Positions 22,281-32,574 of a stretch of 64,000 nucleotides of DNA are shown piece after piece (position 1 is the first letter of the stretch; the number at the start of each line of letters is the position of its first letter). The translations under genes and the position numbers were made by a program. Origin of the DNA: an uncultured Litorivicinus sp. (lineage in GTDB: Bacteria > Pseudomonadota > Gammaproteobacteria > Pseudomonadales > Litorivicinaceae); assembly GCA_902558075.1 (NCBI GenBank), contig CACECO010000008.1, positions 4,450 through 68,449 on the forward strand, read 5' to 3'. The notes under the pieces are model-generated. The model was not told where the DNA came from and did not search any database. It was given only the letters and a program-made list of their open reading frames with translations.

Positions 22281-23352
22281 ACTAGCAATTGCGCTTCTGG
22301 TTCGAAGGTTTGGTCGATGCGGTGGCATGGAGAGTTACGTGTGGCATTTGGCAGATAAGTTAGCGGATCTCAGCACAACAGTCTACGTAATATGTGACCA
22401 ACTGGTTGAGGGTAACCCAAAAGTTAAAATATGCATTGTGGGTAGATCAAAAAAATCACGTAATCACGAGCGCCTGTCAGCCTTTGGCATTCAAGCCAAT
22501 GAAGTAGTACAAAAATTACGTGGGGAAATTCCCGATATTATCGTACATGCGCACGAACGTTCGGTTAATCATGACGTAATAACTGCACATGGAACATTGT
22601 TTGATCCACGAGTAAATGGCTTCAAATCGCGTTGGTCTAAGCGAGTCAGGGCATGGCTGCATATGCAGCGCAACGATTTTGTAAAGGCTCAAACTATAAT
22701 TCCTGTGTCAGACCTAATTTCTGAACAAATACAAGATTATTACGCGCAAGAATTTTCTTTAAAGCTTTCGGCACCTGGGCTACCTGCTATCGAACCGATT
22801 AAGGCACAGTTTGATAAACCCCGAATAGCTGAGAAAGAGTTATTGAAAATTGTATTTGTTGGAAAGGAGTGGAAAAGAAAGGGACTCGACGTTGCTATTT
22901 CTATTTGTTCCGGTTTAAAACTGATGGGTATCCCATTAACCCTAGATATTTTTGGCCCTCTACCAAGTTCGTTGCCCGCAAAGTATTTGGCTATTGAATG
23001 GATCACTCCGCACAGTTGGACCGATCGTATACCTTACGAAAAGTTTGATTTATTAATGCTACTGTCGAAGGATGATCCGTTTGGGATGGTGGTAGTAGAG
23101 GCTCTTCAACACGGCGTTCCTTGTATTCTGAGTAAAGGAGTTGGCGCCGGTAGGCATCTAAAAGAAGGGATCATAACTTTTAATGGTAAGTTCGATACAT
23201 CTTTTCTTACAGACTTCATTTCTATAATAAACAGTCGTTTACCTCCTCAGACCTGGTGGTCATGGAAGGATTTAGCTAGATGGCACATCACTGAGATTTA
23301 TACCCCTTTGTTGAAGGTTCATGATGCACACCAACGAAAAATCGAAATTTAA
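22273..23352 (+). CDS. GT4 glycosyltransferase
   Basis: GGMESY, FVGKEWKRKGL, DPFGMVVVEAL..GVP. Confidence 0.88.
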   Translation: MNKLAIALLVRRFGRCGGMESYVWHLADKLADLSTTVYVICDQLVEGNPKVKICIVGRSKKSRNHERLSAFGIQANEVVQKLRGEIPDIIVHAHERSVNHDVITAHGTLFDPRVNGFKSRWSKRVRAWLHMQRNDFVKAQTIIPVSDLISEQIQDYYAQEFSLKLSAPGLPAIEPIKAQFDKPRIAEKELLKIVFVGKEWKRKGLDVAISICSGLKLMGIPLTLDIFGPLPSSLPAKYLAIEWITPHSWTDRIPYEKFDLLMLLSKDDPFGMVVVEALQHGVPCILSKGVGAGRHLKEGIITFNGKFDTSFLTDFISIINSRLPPQTWWSWKDLARWHITEIYTPLLKVHDAHQRKIEI

Positions 23353-24118
23353 AATCTTTATAATTGGCTTGCCAAAGACCGGCACTACTTCGATGGCTCG
23401 ATGGTTTAGTGACGTAGGCTATAATCATCGCCCTTGGCTCAGGTCTTACGATCTAGGATTGTTAGCTCGTATCGACAAAGAGTTCCTCTTCAGGGAAGCT
23501 GATAAATTCGATAGTTTCGATGATATGCCTTGGTGTAAATACTACCAACATTTAGCCGAATATTATCCTAATGCTAAATTTATTCTAACCTTGCGTAAGG
23601 ATGAACTTACTTGGTGGAATAGTTTTTATAATCATGCTTTGAGAGCCGGGCCAAATGAGGTAGACGCATTATGGTACGAGGGAGTCCCAATTATCGAAGA
23701 AAATTCTGAATACTTTATTAACCTCTATCTGCAGCATAGAAAATTAGTAAATGATTATTTTAGATCTCAACCTCATAGAATAATAGAATATATAGTTGGT
23801 GAAGATGATATAGAAACTCTTCATGGATTTATAAATATTCAAAGTTCGAAAAAAAAGATACCTTTAACGTTAGAAAACGCAGGCGACAAATGGTCAGATT
23901 ATCAAATCCTAGATAATCTTATCGGTAAAGGTAAAAGAACCACTGCATTATATTGGTGCATGAAAGCAAGGACAGGTGATAAAGATCTACTGGATTATTG
24001 GGAATCAACAATTATTAGAGATTTATCTGGAAATATTGCGCGAAAAAGTCCAGGGAAATATAGAATTCGTCTCTATAGTTTCATGGAAGCATGCATTAGG
24101 AATCTGTTGCGATTATGA
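23321..24118 (+). CDS. Sulfotransferase family protein
   Basis: IGLPKTGTTS PAPS-binding loop, FDDMPW, YPNAKFILTLR..WWNS. Confidence 0.8.
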   Translation: MMHTNEKSKFKIFIIGLPKTGTTSMARWFSDVGYNHRPWLRSYDLGLLARIDKEFLFREADKFDSFDDMPWCKYYQHLAEYYPNAKFILTLRKDELTWWNSFYNHALRAGPNEVDALWYEGVPIIEENSEYFINLYLQHRKLVNDYFRSQPHRIIEYIVGEDDIETLHGFINIQSSKKKIPLTLENAGDKWSDYQILDNLIGKGKRTTALYWCMKARTGDKDLLDYWESTIIRDLSGNIARKSPGKYRIRLYSFMEACIRNLLRL

Positions 24119-25791
24119 GTAGATACGTCGACTATGTTCACTCTATTGGTTCTCTAGCTGGGTATTTCCCAACCAAGATATTTTATTTATCTGCCCTCTA
24201 TTTGATCTTGGTTATTCTTGATGTTCTCGGCTTATCTTTACTCGCATTGGTCTTCACAAGTGATGCTAAAATTTTTAATGTCTCGATTTTTGATACTAAA
24301 ATATTGGTACTTCATGAAGCTGTTGCATTGGCTTTTTTGATATTTATTTTCTTGCTTAAATTTATCTGTGCGCTTTTGGTATCTTGGGTACTATCCAAAC
24401 ACAGTTTAAGATTTTTGAGCATCCTTCGTGGTGAGGTGTTTAAGTACTATCTTGGATTAAATAAATCATCAGGTCACCTCAAGGATAAACTACAGACTAT
24501 TCTTGACTTCACAAATATATGTGGATCTCGTCTTCCAGAGGCAATAATTCGGACTCTGGGCGAAATATTAATCCTTTTGGGTGTGTCAGGGTTTCTGATA
24601 TACCAATTCGGTTTTATGTTCTTTATGGTGATTATCGTATTCGGCTGTTCCCTAATAGTGGTTGCCGGCTTTTTTATGAGCAGACAGGGTTCGAGCCTTG
24701 GGGTACGAATTACTGAAAAGCAAAATCAACTCATAGGTATTTCAGCGGAAGTTTTACCAAAATTAGAAGAAGTTTCGATTAATGGCTACGGTAGCTGGAT
24801 TTTTGACAAATTTAATCGAGCATCGGTTACCCATGCCGGACTCCTTGCCTCTGAACGTTATGTAAGTAGCATACCTAAATACTTTTTTGAATTATTGGTA
24901 ATGCTTTGCATCCTTGCGTTAGTTGGTTGGAGAAGTGTAATTGGCACCGAAGAAATTTCGGCAGTTGTTGTGGAATTAGTAATTTTGGCGATAGCTGGGC
25001 TTAAAATACTCCCAGTGGTCAATCAACTTGTAGTAGCAATATATCTATACAGGGCGGCAGGTCCGGCCATTGCTGCCATTGGGTCACTAATTCGTGACGG
25101 TCACCGTTATGTTGTGGATTCTACTTATTCCAATCCACATGCCTTTTGTGGAACAGCTACGTTAACATTGGATGCGACTGTTTTAGGGTTGCCTAGTGGG
25201 GCTACCTTAGATATCCCTGAAATGAGGTTTGAATCAGGTGATATTATCCTAATCTCCGGACCTTCGGGAGCTGGAAAAACCTCATTTATAAAATTCTTGT
25301 TGGGTTTGATGAACAATATTCCCCCGTTAAAGTCGGAGAATGCTCAGATACCGTCCGAAGAGATATTAATGAGTGTGTCTTATTTGAGTCAGAATGGACT
25401 TTTATTTAACCAATCCCTGAAAGAAAACGTCGCAGTTGGCACAGATGACTCTTTCGATTATGAGCGCTATAGACTTGCATGTTCTGGAGCTAGTCTTTCT
25501 AAATCCTTTGTTGATACTTGGAGTAATCAGTGTATGGGTGATGATGGCGCATTTATATCTGGGGGGGAACGGCAGAGAGTACTAATCGCGAGGATATTTT
25601 ATGAAGATAAGCCATTTTGGTTTCTAGATGAGGCAACTTCGGCGTTGGATCTGCCAACAGAAAATAAGATTTTTGATCAAATTGGCCTTCGCGGTCAAAA
25701 GATAGTTTTTGCAATTTCGCACTCATCTAATCAAACTCACAGATACACGAGGCAATTGAGAATTGAGCAAGGAAAGATTTTTGAAGTCTAA
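24115..25791 (+). CDS. ABC exporter, fused TMD-NBD (PglK/MsbA-like glycan flippase)
   Basis: N-terminal TM domain; GPSGAGKT, ISGGERQR, LDEATSALD, ISH. Confidence 0.85.
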   Translation: MSRYVDYVHSIGSLAGYFPTKIFYLSALYLILVILDVLGLSLLALVFTSDAKIFNVSIFDTKILVLHEAVALAFLIFIFLLKFICALLVSWVLSKHSLRFLSILRGEVFKYYLGLNKSSGHLKDKLQTILDFTNICGSRLPEAIIRTLGEILILLGVSGFLIYQFGFMFFMVIIVFGCSLIVVAGFFMSRQGSSLGVRITEKQNQLIGISAEVLPKLEEVSINGYGSWIFDKFNRASVTHAGLLASERYVSSIPKYFFELLVMLCILALVGWRSVIGTEEISAVVVELVILAIAGLKILPVVNQLVVAIYLYRAAGPAIAAIGSLIRDGHRYVVDSTYSNPHAFCGTATLTLDATVLGLPSGATLDIPEMRFESGDIILISGPSGAGKTSFIKFLLGLMNNIPPLKSENAQIPSEEILMSVSYLSQNGLLFNQSLKENVAVGTDDSFDYERYRLACSGASLSKSFVDTWSNQCMGDDGAFISGGERQRVLIARIFYEDKPFWFLDEATSALDLPTENKIFDQIGLRGQKIVFAISHSSNQTHRYTRQLRIEQGKIFEV

Positions 25792-26326
25792 ATTTTTATC
25801 GTTATATTTAAGTGAGTTGAACGGGCTCTTTGACCACATTGATCATGAGCTTTGGTTGAAGATGGAGGGACGTTTAAGGGCTTTAAGGGACAAAGCAAAG
25901 GGAAAGGTTCTTATTTTTGGAAATGGTGGTAGTGCTGCAGTTGCGGAGCATGTTTCGTTAGATTATACGAAGGCAGCGGGGTTGCCATGTCTAACATTGA
26001 GCAGCACTCCCATGCTCTCTTGTTTTGCGAATGACTTTGGATATGAGCATAGCCAACTGAACTTTATTAAGTATTTTGCTGCGCCAGATGATGTGATTAT
26101 CCTGATATCTAGTTCTGGGAAATCTCCGAATATACTAAACTGTGCGACCTACTGCGAAGAGAATGCGTTAACCTATTTTACTTTAACTGGATTCTCTGAG
26201 GTTTCACCAATAAGACAAATAAATTCTTCCGTGAATTTCTGGATTCCGGTTGATCACTATAATCATATTGAGAATGCTCATCAGGTAATATTACTCTCGA
26301 TATGCGATAGTTTGCGTGAGCGCTGA
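25763..26326 (+). CDS. gmhA: SIS-domain sedoheptulose-7-phosphate isomerase (GmhA-like)
   Basis: GNGGSAAVAEH, ANDFGY, ISSSGKSPN, ENAHQ; start may be TTG 25781. Confidence 0.8.
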   Translation: MSKERFLKSKFLSLYLSELNGLFDHIDHELWLKMEGRLRALRDKAKGKVLIFGNGGSAAVAEHVSLDYTKAAGLPCLTLSSTPMLSCFANDFGYEHSQLNFIKYFAAPDDVIILISSSGKSPNILNCATYCEENALTYFTLTGFSEVSPIRQINSSVNFWIPVDHYNHIENAHQVILLSICDSLRER

Positions 26327-27111
26327 TGATTGATGTCATAATTGCTTGTGCTGGGTTGGGCTCCCGGTTCTTGAGTCACAAGCATCATTTTCCAAAGGGG
26401 CTAGCTCCCGTTGGTGGCGTCCCGCTGTTAGGGCATTTACTTAGTCAATTCAAGAATATTAATTGCATTAATCATATATATGTTTCAGCTTTTCAGGGGT
26501 TCGATCTATTCGAGTCATATGTTCAGAGTCACCCACTAAGTTCTAAGATCACTTTGGTTTTTGATCCTTCGTTGGGAGGGTTTCAGCGTCTTCTCGATCC
26601 TAATTTGGTCGAAAGTGATCATGTTGTTCTGATGCATGGGGATAATTTTTATTGGGGCTCACTTAGACCGTTCTTCGAGAGTATCACTCATTCGCAAGCG
26701 TTTGACGCACTGACTTTTAATGCTGCTGAATCTCAAAACGTTGGTGTGTTTTTGAAAGATCAGGATGGAAACTCGTCCTTCCATGAGAAAGTACGCGGGT
26801 TGCCTAGCTTTCTTGCCTTTGCAGCTGTTATACACGCCCCTTTAAGACGCTTAACAAAACTGGCAGATCACAAATCGCAATTTTTTCTATCAGAGGATTT
26901 GGTTCCCAACGTTTTAGGGGAACTGAATATTTTTTGTTTCGAAGGCGACGTTATTGACGTTGGCGCTCCAAGTTCATTTGTTAACTGTAATCAACTTTTC
27001 TCGAGCTCGAAAAGTTCGGAGGAGTTCGATTTCGATAGGAAATGGGTATCAAGACATCGAAATCAGATATCTATGTTAGAGGAATGTTTTTTTGGAAATC
27101 CGAAAGAATAA
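26326..27111 (+). CDS. Sugar-phosphate nucleotidyltransferase (HddC-like)
   Basis: AGLGSRF..PKGL, HGDN, FHEK, IDVG. Confidence 0.75.
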   Translation: MIDVIIACAGLGSRFLSHKHHFPKGLAPVGGVPLLGHLLSQFKNINCINHIYVSAFQGFDLFESYVQSHPLSSKITLVFDPSLGGFQRLLDPNLVESDHVVLMHGDNFYWGSLRPFFESITHSQAFDALTFNAAESQNVGVFLKDQDGNSSFHEKVRGLPSFLAFAAVIHAPLRRLTKLADHKSQFFLSEDLVPNVLGELNIFCFEGDVIDVGAPSSFVNCNQLFSSSKSSEEFDFDRKWVSRHRNQISMLEECFFGNPKE

Positions 27112-28591
27112 CGATTTTTCGACCGATGGAGATCTTCTAGGTAGCGTCTTAACGGTAGGACATTTTGACGTAATCCATCAAGGCCATGTCAGATTGAGTA
27201 GAGTCGCCCGTGATTTTTCCGACAAAAAGGGAGTGAAGCGGGGGATTGTTTTGATTGATGAACTTTTTGCGGATGCGTCTGGTTTTAGGCCCCGAGAAAC
27301 CAGAGTCCACGATTGTTTAAAACATTTGGCAGATTTTGTTGTGATTGCAACAGCAAATGAGTTTCGATCGATTTTCGAAATCACTCGACCATCTCTTATA
27401 CTTCAGGGCCTATCAAAATTCCAGACCATTAATAATTTCCTATCTCAAAATAATGATTTGATCGAAAGCTTCGACTGTGAAGTTAGATTCTGTTCTACCT
27501 CAAAATCAAGCTCTAATTTCCAAACTGAGACAAACTTTTTTTCTAGTCTGAAACGGTTTAAAGAGTGCTGTATCTCCTTAGAGATTAATTTTAAAAATTT
27601 GATAACGAGCTTGGACTCGTTACGTGAACGAAGATGTTTCTTGCTGGGTGATACTCTGATCGATGAATACTTGTTTTGTGATTTTTCATCGATGAGTGGT
27701 GAGGCTCCTTTACCCGTTTTCAATGTTTGCAGATCAGAGGCTTTCGTTGGTGGCGCGAGTGTTGTGTTCAAACATCTTAAAGCATTGGGTTGCAACATGC
27801 GATTCTGCACCTCAATTTTAGGTGCAGATAATCTTGTTTCAGACTTGACCCCAAGAGGCGAAGAAATAGTAAACACTGATCACATCCCCGTAATGAGAAA
27901 GCGTAGATATATCAGCGACGATCAGAAGTTATTCCGTGTCAACTTTCCGTTATATGACGCCAACCTGTTTGGCTTTTCCAATCGCAGTAAAAAGATTTCT
28001 AAGCCTGAGCTATTAAACAATTATCGCGATTTTGATCCTGATTTTGTTATAGCCACTGATTTTGGTTGTGGCTTCTTTTCGAGTGATCTCGGAACTTTCT
28101 TAGAACTTATTGCGAAGGGGAAACCCGATCACACCTATATAGATGCGCAGATCACGCCTTCGAGAAACGGATTTGATGCTTTTATGCGTTGTGGCATCTT
28201 GTTCCCAACCGAAAAAGAAGCGCGCGAAACTTCGAGGATGTTGAACGAGTCGATTGATAGTGTAGCGGATTATTTTTTGGATAGGTCTTCTTGCAAAAAG
28301 ATAATTATTACTTGCGGGAGCGAGGGAGTGATAGGATTTGATCGGTCTTCTCGATCTGAGACTACTACTAAAGTTGCGCTCCCAGCTCTCAACGATAAGG
28401 CGATTGACTTAACTGGAGCTGGTGATGCATTTTTATGTGGCTTCGCAATTTCGGACATTCAGGGTAACAGTTTCAGCGAATCTTTGGTAATGGGTTCGAT
28501 ATTCGCTGGGATCCATACATCTACCATTGGGAATAGCGCTCTGCAAAGATCAGAGATCGACAACTATATAGACCACTTAGTAAATGCGTGA
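27092..28591 (+). CDS. Bifunctional nucleotidyltransferase / PfkB kinase (HldE-like, reversed domain order)
   Basis: N-terminal GHFDVIHQGH; C-terminal GDTLIDEY..EAPLPV..VGGA..PTEKEAR..DLTGAGDAF. Confidence 0.82.
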   Translation: MEIRKNNDFSTDGDLLGSVLTVGHFDVIHQGHVRLSRVARDFSDKKGVKRGIVLIDELFADASGFRPRETRVHDCLKHLADFVVIATANEFRSIFEITRPSLILQGLSKFQTINNFLSQNNDLIESFDCEVRFCSTSKSSSNFQTETNFFSSLKRFKECCISLEINFKNLITSLDSLRERRCFLLGDTLIDEYLFCDFSSMSGEAPLPVFNVCRSEAFVGGASVVFKHLKALGCNMRFCTSILGADNLVSDLTPRGEEIVNTDHIPVMRKRRYISDDQKLFRVNFPLYDANLFGFSNRSKKISKPELLNNYRDFDPDFVIATDFGCGFFSSDLGTFLELIAKGKPDHTYIDAQITPSRNGFDAFMRCGILFPTEKEARETSRMLNESIDSVADYFLDRSSCKKIIITCGSEGVIGFDRSSRSETTTKVALPALNDKAIDLTGAGDAFLCGFAISDIQGNSFSESLVMGSIFAGIHTSTIGNSALQRSEIDNYIDHLVNA

Positions 28592-29777
28592 TTTAGTAAT
28601 AAAAAAATTACGAGTCCTCATCGTAAGTTTGATCCATACTTCCTTTACGTTTCCACGAGGGCTTTGCGATATTGTGATTTGGTTCATCGGAGGGCGAGAA
28701 AGTACTTTAATAATCCGGTTGTTCTCGAAAAAATTCGGCCATTTTCTGATGAATACCGAAAGTTTCTTAATAGATCTTGAAGCTCGTATCGAAGGGCGAA
28801 AAGTCATTTATTTTTTGGATAAATTACCGTACGACAATAATCAAATTAAGGAAGTTTGGGCCGAAATCATTACTGTTGAGCCATACGGCAGAATGATTGC
28901 TTGGCTTTGGCTTAGTAAATGGAGCTCGAAGATAGAGGTAATCTCTTATCCTGTTACATGGAGTCAGAGTGGATTGCTTTTAGATAAAGAATTTGGAGAT
29001 ACTAATTTTTACAGGGCTGTAAAACAGAAACCAAATTATTGGGAAGACTTAAATTTAGATTCAAATAGGCCATTGATCACTATCACGGTTCGGCACTCAA
29101 GCTATCAGGCCGCAGCTTTGAGCGGATCGCTCCAGTCGTGGCGCGATAATGATTTATCGGTTGTGAATAATGTGGTGGACTCGCTTGATGCTGACGGTTT
29201 TCAAGTTGTTTTAGCTAATTACATTTCCGATCCTTCAGTGAAAAAAGAATTGTCTAAGAAACTCTTGATTCAAGATTTTTCACTTGTTCAGCAGGCGAGA
29301 TTGTTCGAATCTTCTGTCTTGGTGTTGTGTGGGGCGACGGGCGTAGATTGGATACCAGTGATGCAAGGCAGGCCTGCTGTTTTGTACAACTGGCAACTTG
29401 GAACCTCTTTTCCGTCGGTAATTATACGGAGTAAGTCGATTGTCGTGCCTCAGAGAGTTTTCAACATATCTTCTGACCGCTTCCTAACGTTAAAGGAATA
29501 TAGCCAATTACTGCAGCATATAGAGATCAAGTATTCAATTGATAGGCTAGAAGAAACAGTTCAATTAGCGACAGGAGTCAGAACTGTGCATCCAAACGCT
29601 AAAGAGATCTTAGACGCGGTCGGAAGACTTCGGAAATGGATCCTTGACGATAGTGAGATAGAACCTAAAGCTATAAGTGACTCATGGAAAGGATATCCGC
29701 GCGTTTGGAATCATATGAATAGACCTTGGGTAGCATTTGACAAAAGTAAACTGCGTTCATATTTGCAGTATCAATAA
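28584..29777 (+). CDS. Putative glycosyltransferase (TIGR04372-like)
   Basis: KFGHFLMNTE, ITVRHSSY..WRD, GATG..PVMQGRP pattern. Confidence 0.55.
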   Translation: MRDLVIKKLRVLIVSLIHTSFTFPRGLCDIVIWFIGGRESTLIIRLFSKKFGHFLMNTESFLIDLEARIEGRKVIYFLDKLPYDNNQIKEVWAEIITVEPYGRMIAWLWLSKWSSKIEVISYPVTWSQSGLLLDKEFGDTNFYRAVKQKPNYWEDLNLDSNRPLITITVRHSSYQAAALSGSLQSWRDNDLSVVNNVVDSLDADGFQVVLANYISDPSVKKELSKKLLIQDFSLVQQARLFESSVLVLCGATGVDWIPVMQGRPAVLYNWQLGTSFPSVIIRSKSIVVPQRVFNISSDRFLTLKEYSQLLQHIEIKYSIDRLEETVQLATGVRTVHPNAKEILDAVGRLRKWILDDSEIEPKAISDSWKGYPRVWNHMNRPWVAFDKSKLRSYLQYQ

Positions 29778-29790
29778 GAGTGAGCATTTT

Positions 29791-30849
29791 ATGGATAAAT
29801 TATTAATTACGGGTCATGAGGGTTATATAGGGCATGTTATTACCGAAAACGCCCTTCTTCAGGGATATAGTGTCATTGGCCTAGATGCAGGTCTTTATAG
29901 AGAAGGCAGGATCGGTCCTAAGAATAGCCACCCGAACCTTTTGGAGATCGAAAAAGATCTTCGGTTGTTGAATGACTCTGATTTTCGATCGTTTGACTTG
30001 AATAACGGATCAGTGATTCATCTCGCTGGTTTATCAAATGATCCTTTAGGTGAGTTTGATGAAAAATTAACTTTTGATATTAACTTTGAGGCATCTAAGC
30101 GGCTAATAGATTTGTGTAAAGCCGGCGGGGTCAGTAGATTCGTTTTCTTTTCAACTCAAAGTGTTTACGGAATTTCGTCAGATGACCACGAGATAGAGGA
30201 ACATGAATCTGGGCGCTTGAACCCGGTTACAGCATATGCCAAAACGAAATTACTAGTTGAAAATTATTTGCAGACTGTAGCGGATAAATCCTTCGAGGTT
30301 ATCATCTTTAGGCCATCGACAGTTTTCGGCCCGAGTCGGGGTTTTCGTTCAGATATAGTGTTTAATAATCTAACTCTAAACGCGTACTTGAAGCGAGAAG
30401 TTCATGTTAAATCAGATGGGAGTCCTTGGAGGCCTGTCATATCGGTGGACGATGTCTCAAAAGCCGCGTTACAAAGTCTGGATAAATCCCTGCAAAATTC
30501 AATCGACGTCTATAACTTGGGTTTTCCCGGTGGAAATTTCCAGGTTAGAGATATGGCTGAAGTCGCTGCAAAGAGTATGGGGATTTCAAAAGTAATCTAT
30601 GCAGATTCTTTGAACGAAGATCCTCGAACTTATAAAGTTTCATTCAAAAAATTTTCTAATAATTTCGAGGAGATTTACAGATGTGGGCAGGGGATCGAAA
30701 AAGGTGGTTTAGATCTAAAGATGTTCTTTGATAGAGAGAAACTATCTGAAAGAGATGGGGTGCAGGCGTTGACGACTCGGCTGGCGGTTTTAAAGCGGAG
30801 GATCGAGCGTGGGGATATCAACGCGGAGTTATTCAAAAATGAGTATTAA
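29791..30849 (+). CDS. NAD-dependent epimerase/dehydratase (extended SDR)
   Basis: GHEGYIG, HLAGLSNDPLG, YAKTK, DGSPWRP. Confidence 0.9.
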   Translation: MDKLLITGHEGYIGHVITENALLQGYSVIGLDAGLYREGRIGPKNSHPNLLEIEKDLRLLNDSDFRSFDLNNGSVIHLAGLSNDPLGEFDEKLTFDINFEASKRLIDLCKAGGVSRFVFFSTQSVYGISSDDHEIEEHESGRLNPVTAYAKTKLLVENYLQTVADKSFEVIIFRPSTVFGPSRGFRSDIVFNNLTLNAYLKREVHVKSDGSPWRPVISVDDVSKAALQSLDKSLQNSIDVYNLGFPGGNFQVRDMAEVAAKSMGISKVIYADSLNEDPRTYKVSFKKFSNNFEEIYRCGQGIEKGGLDLKMFFDREKLSERDGVQALTTRLAVLKRRIERGDINAELFKNEY

Positions 30850-32014
30850 ATGCTCTCTATGCCCGGGTATTTGTCAGGAAATTCTAGATTTGGGCGAGCA
30901 AAACCTTGCGAACAATCTTTCAAATAACCAAAGTGAAATCTATAGCACATTTAAATTATCTCTTGTGATCTGCGAAAATTGTGGAATACAGCAGTTGGAT
31001 GGTATTGTCGATCCGACAATAATGTTTCAAAACTATCTTTGGGTTACTGGAACGTCCGAAACAACATTATCTTATTTGGAACGATTGGCTCTTTTTTGTA
31101 ACAACTATAAAGGTGTAAACGCGAGGGTTCTGGAGATCGCTTCAAATGATGGTTCATTCCTAGAATGTATGTTAAAACAAGGATGGTCAGTTAAGGGCGT
31201 TGATCCGGCAAGAAATATTGCCGATCTAGCGAATAATAAAGGAATCGAGACTATCCCTAGCTTTTTCGGTAGTACCTATCTCGATAAATATCCTGCAGAA
31301 ATAGGAAGCTATGATTTAGTGGTCGCGCGGAATGTGCTACCGCATGCCCCTAATATTAGGGAGATTCTGACCTCGGTACGAAAGCTGTTGGGTGCTGATG
31401 GGAAGCTACTGGCAGAATTCCATGACGCAAACCAACTGTACGATGACGGTCAGATCGACTACATATATCATGAGCACAAATACTATTTTACTTACAACTC
31501 GTTTGTGAATCTTGCTGCTGAGCACGGATATCGAGTCACAGATTACAAGCGTAGCCCGATAAGCGCAGGCAGCCACGTAATAGTATTCGAAAAAGCCGAT
31601 GATATTGGTGAGTTAAAAAAAGTAGGGCTGGTGGAATTAGCTAGGTACGCTAACGGGGGTTTACAAAAGGTGCGTGACCAATTTACCCATTCAGTAAAAA
31701 AAATTATTGATTCTCACGAAGGTAATATAATCGGTTTTGGTGCGTCTGCGAGAGCGAGTACTTTATTAAATCTACTTGACGATGACTCAGCCAAGAAAAT
31801 CCAGGTTATGTTAGATAATAGCACCCATAAGAGTGGATTTTATTTTAGTCGCCATCGAATTTTAATCGAGAAGCCTGAATCAATTTTTAGTCTGGATAAA
31901 GATTTTGTTGTTCTTGTTTTTGCATGGAATTTCTTTAATGAAATCGAAAAACAACTGATTGAATCAGGAGTTCAGCCTTCTCGGATTATTAATATTAAAA
32001 AATTTCTGTATTAG
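30839..32014 (+). CDS. NDP-sugar C-methyltransferase
   Basis: CSLC..LGEQNLAN..CENC..QL, LEIASNDG, IYHEH..YF, GFGASAR, FAWNF. Confidence 0.87.
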   Translation: MSIKCSLCPGICQEILDLGEQNLANNLSNNQSEIYSTFKLSLVICENCGIQQLDGIVDPTIMFQNYLWVTGTSETTLSYLERLALFCNNYKGVNARVLEIASNDGSFLECMLKQGWSVKGVDPARNIADLANNKGIETIPSFFGSTYLDKYPAEIGSYDLVVARNVLPHAPNIREILTSVRKLLGADGKLLAEFHDANQLYDDGQIDYIYHEHKYYFTYNSFVNLAAEHGYRVTDYKRSPISAGSHVIVFEKADDIGELKKVGLVELARYANGGLQKVRDQFTHSVKKIIDSHEGNIIGFGASARASTLLNLLDDDSAKKIQVMLDNSTHKSGFYFSRHRILIEKPESIFSLDKDFVVLVFAWNFFNEIEKQLIESGVQPSRIINIKKFLY

Positions 32015-32019
32015 CTCTT

Positions 32020-32574
32020 ATGGAAAAAATTTATCTAGGAATAGACGATAGTTTTTTATTAAAGTCTCCTAAGTTTAAAGATCGACGCGGTTCTTTTTCT
32101 CGTGGTTTTTGTAAATCCTGGTTTGGAGAATTTGAAATTCAGCAAATAAACTGGTCCTCTAATTTGCGAAGAGGTACCGTAAGAGGCTTTCATTTTCAAA
32201 CTGGCGAATATCGCGAAGAGAAGATAATCACGGTTGCTCACGGTGCTGTAGACATACATATATGTGATTTGAGATCTGAGCAAGGGATATCAAATGTTCG
32301 CAAAGTCACATTGCATGCTATCAGCGAGGATCAAGTTGGCGGTGACTCTGATAATGCTGTTGCGTTGAAAATTGGGAAGCATGTTGCGGTTGCTTTTCAG
32401 ACTATCGCTGATAATACTTTAGTTAATTATTTAATGAGTGCTTCATATAACCCAAATTATTATCGGGGATTTAACGCTCTTGATCCATCCCTGAATATTG
32501 AGTGGTCGTTACCTGTAACAGTTATGTCTGAGCGTGATAGAAATCTTCCGAGGTATGATGAACTTTGTGGTTAA
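32020..32574 (+). CDS. RmlC-family NDP-4-keto-sugar 3,5-epimerase
   Basis: DRRGSFSR, GTVRGFHFQ, DPSLNIEW, SERD. Confidence 0.87.
   Translation: MEKIYLGIDDSFLLKSPKFKDRRGSFSRGFCKSWFGEFEIQQINWSSNLRRGTVRGFHFQTGEYREEKIITVAHGAVDIHICDLRSEQGISNVRKVTLHAISEDQVGGDSDNAVALKIGKHVAVAFQTIADNTLVNYLMSASYNPNYYRGFNALDPSLNIEWSLPVTVMSERDRNLPRYDELCG

Noticed and set aside
25561-25567. G7 tract as a phase-variation site
   Set aside because: Short and explained by the Gly-Gly-Glu codons of the ABC signature
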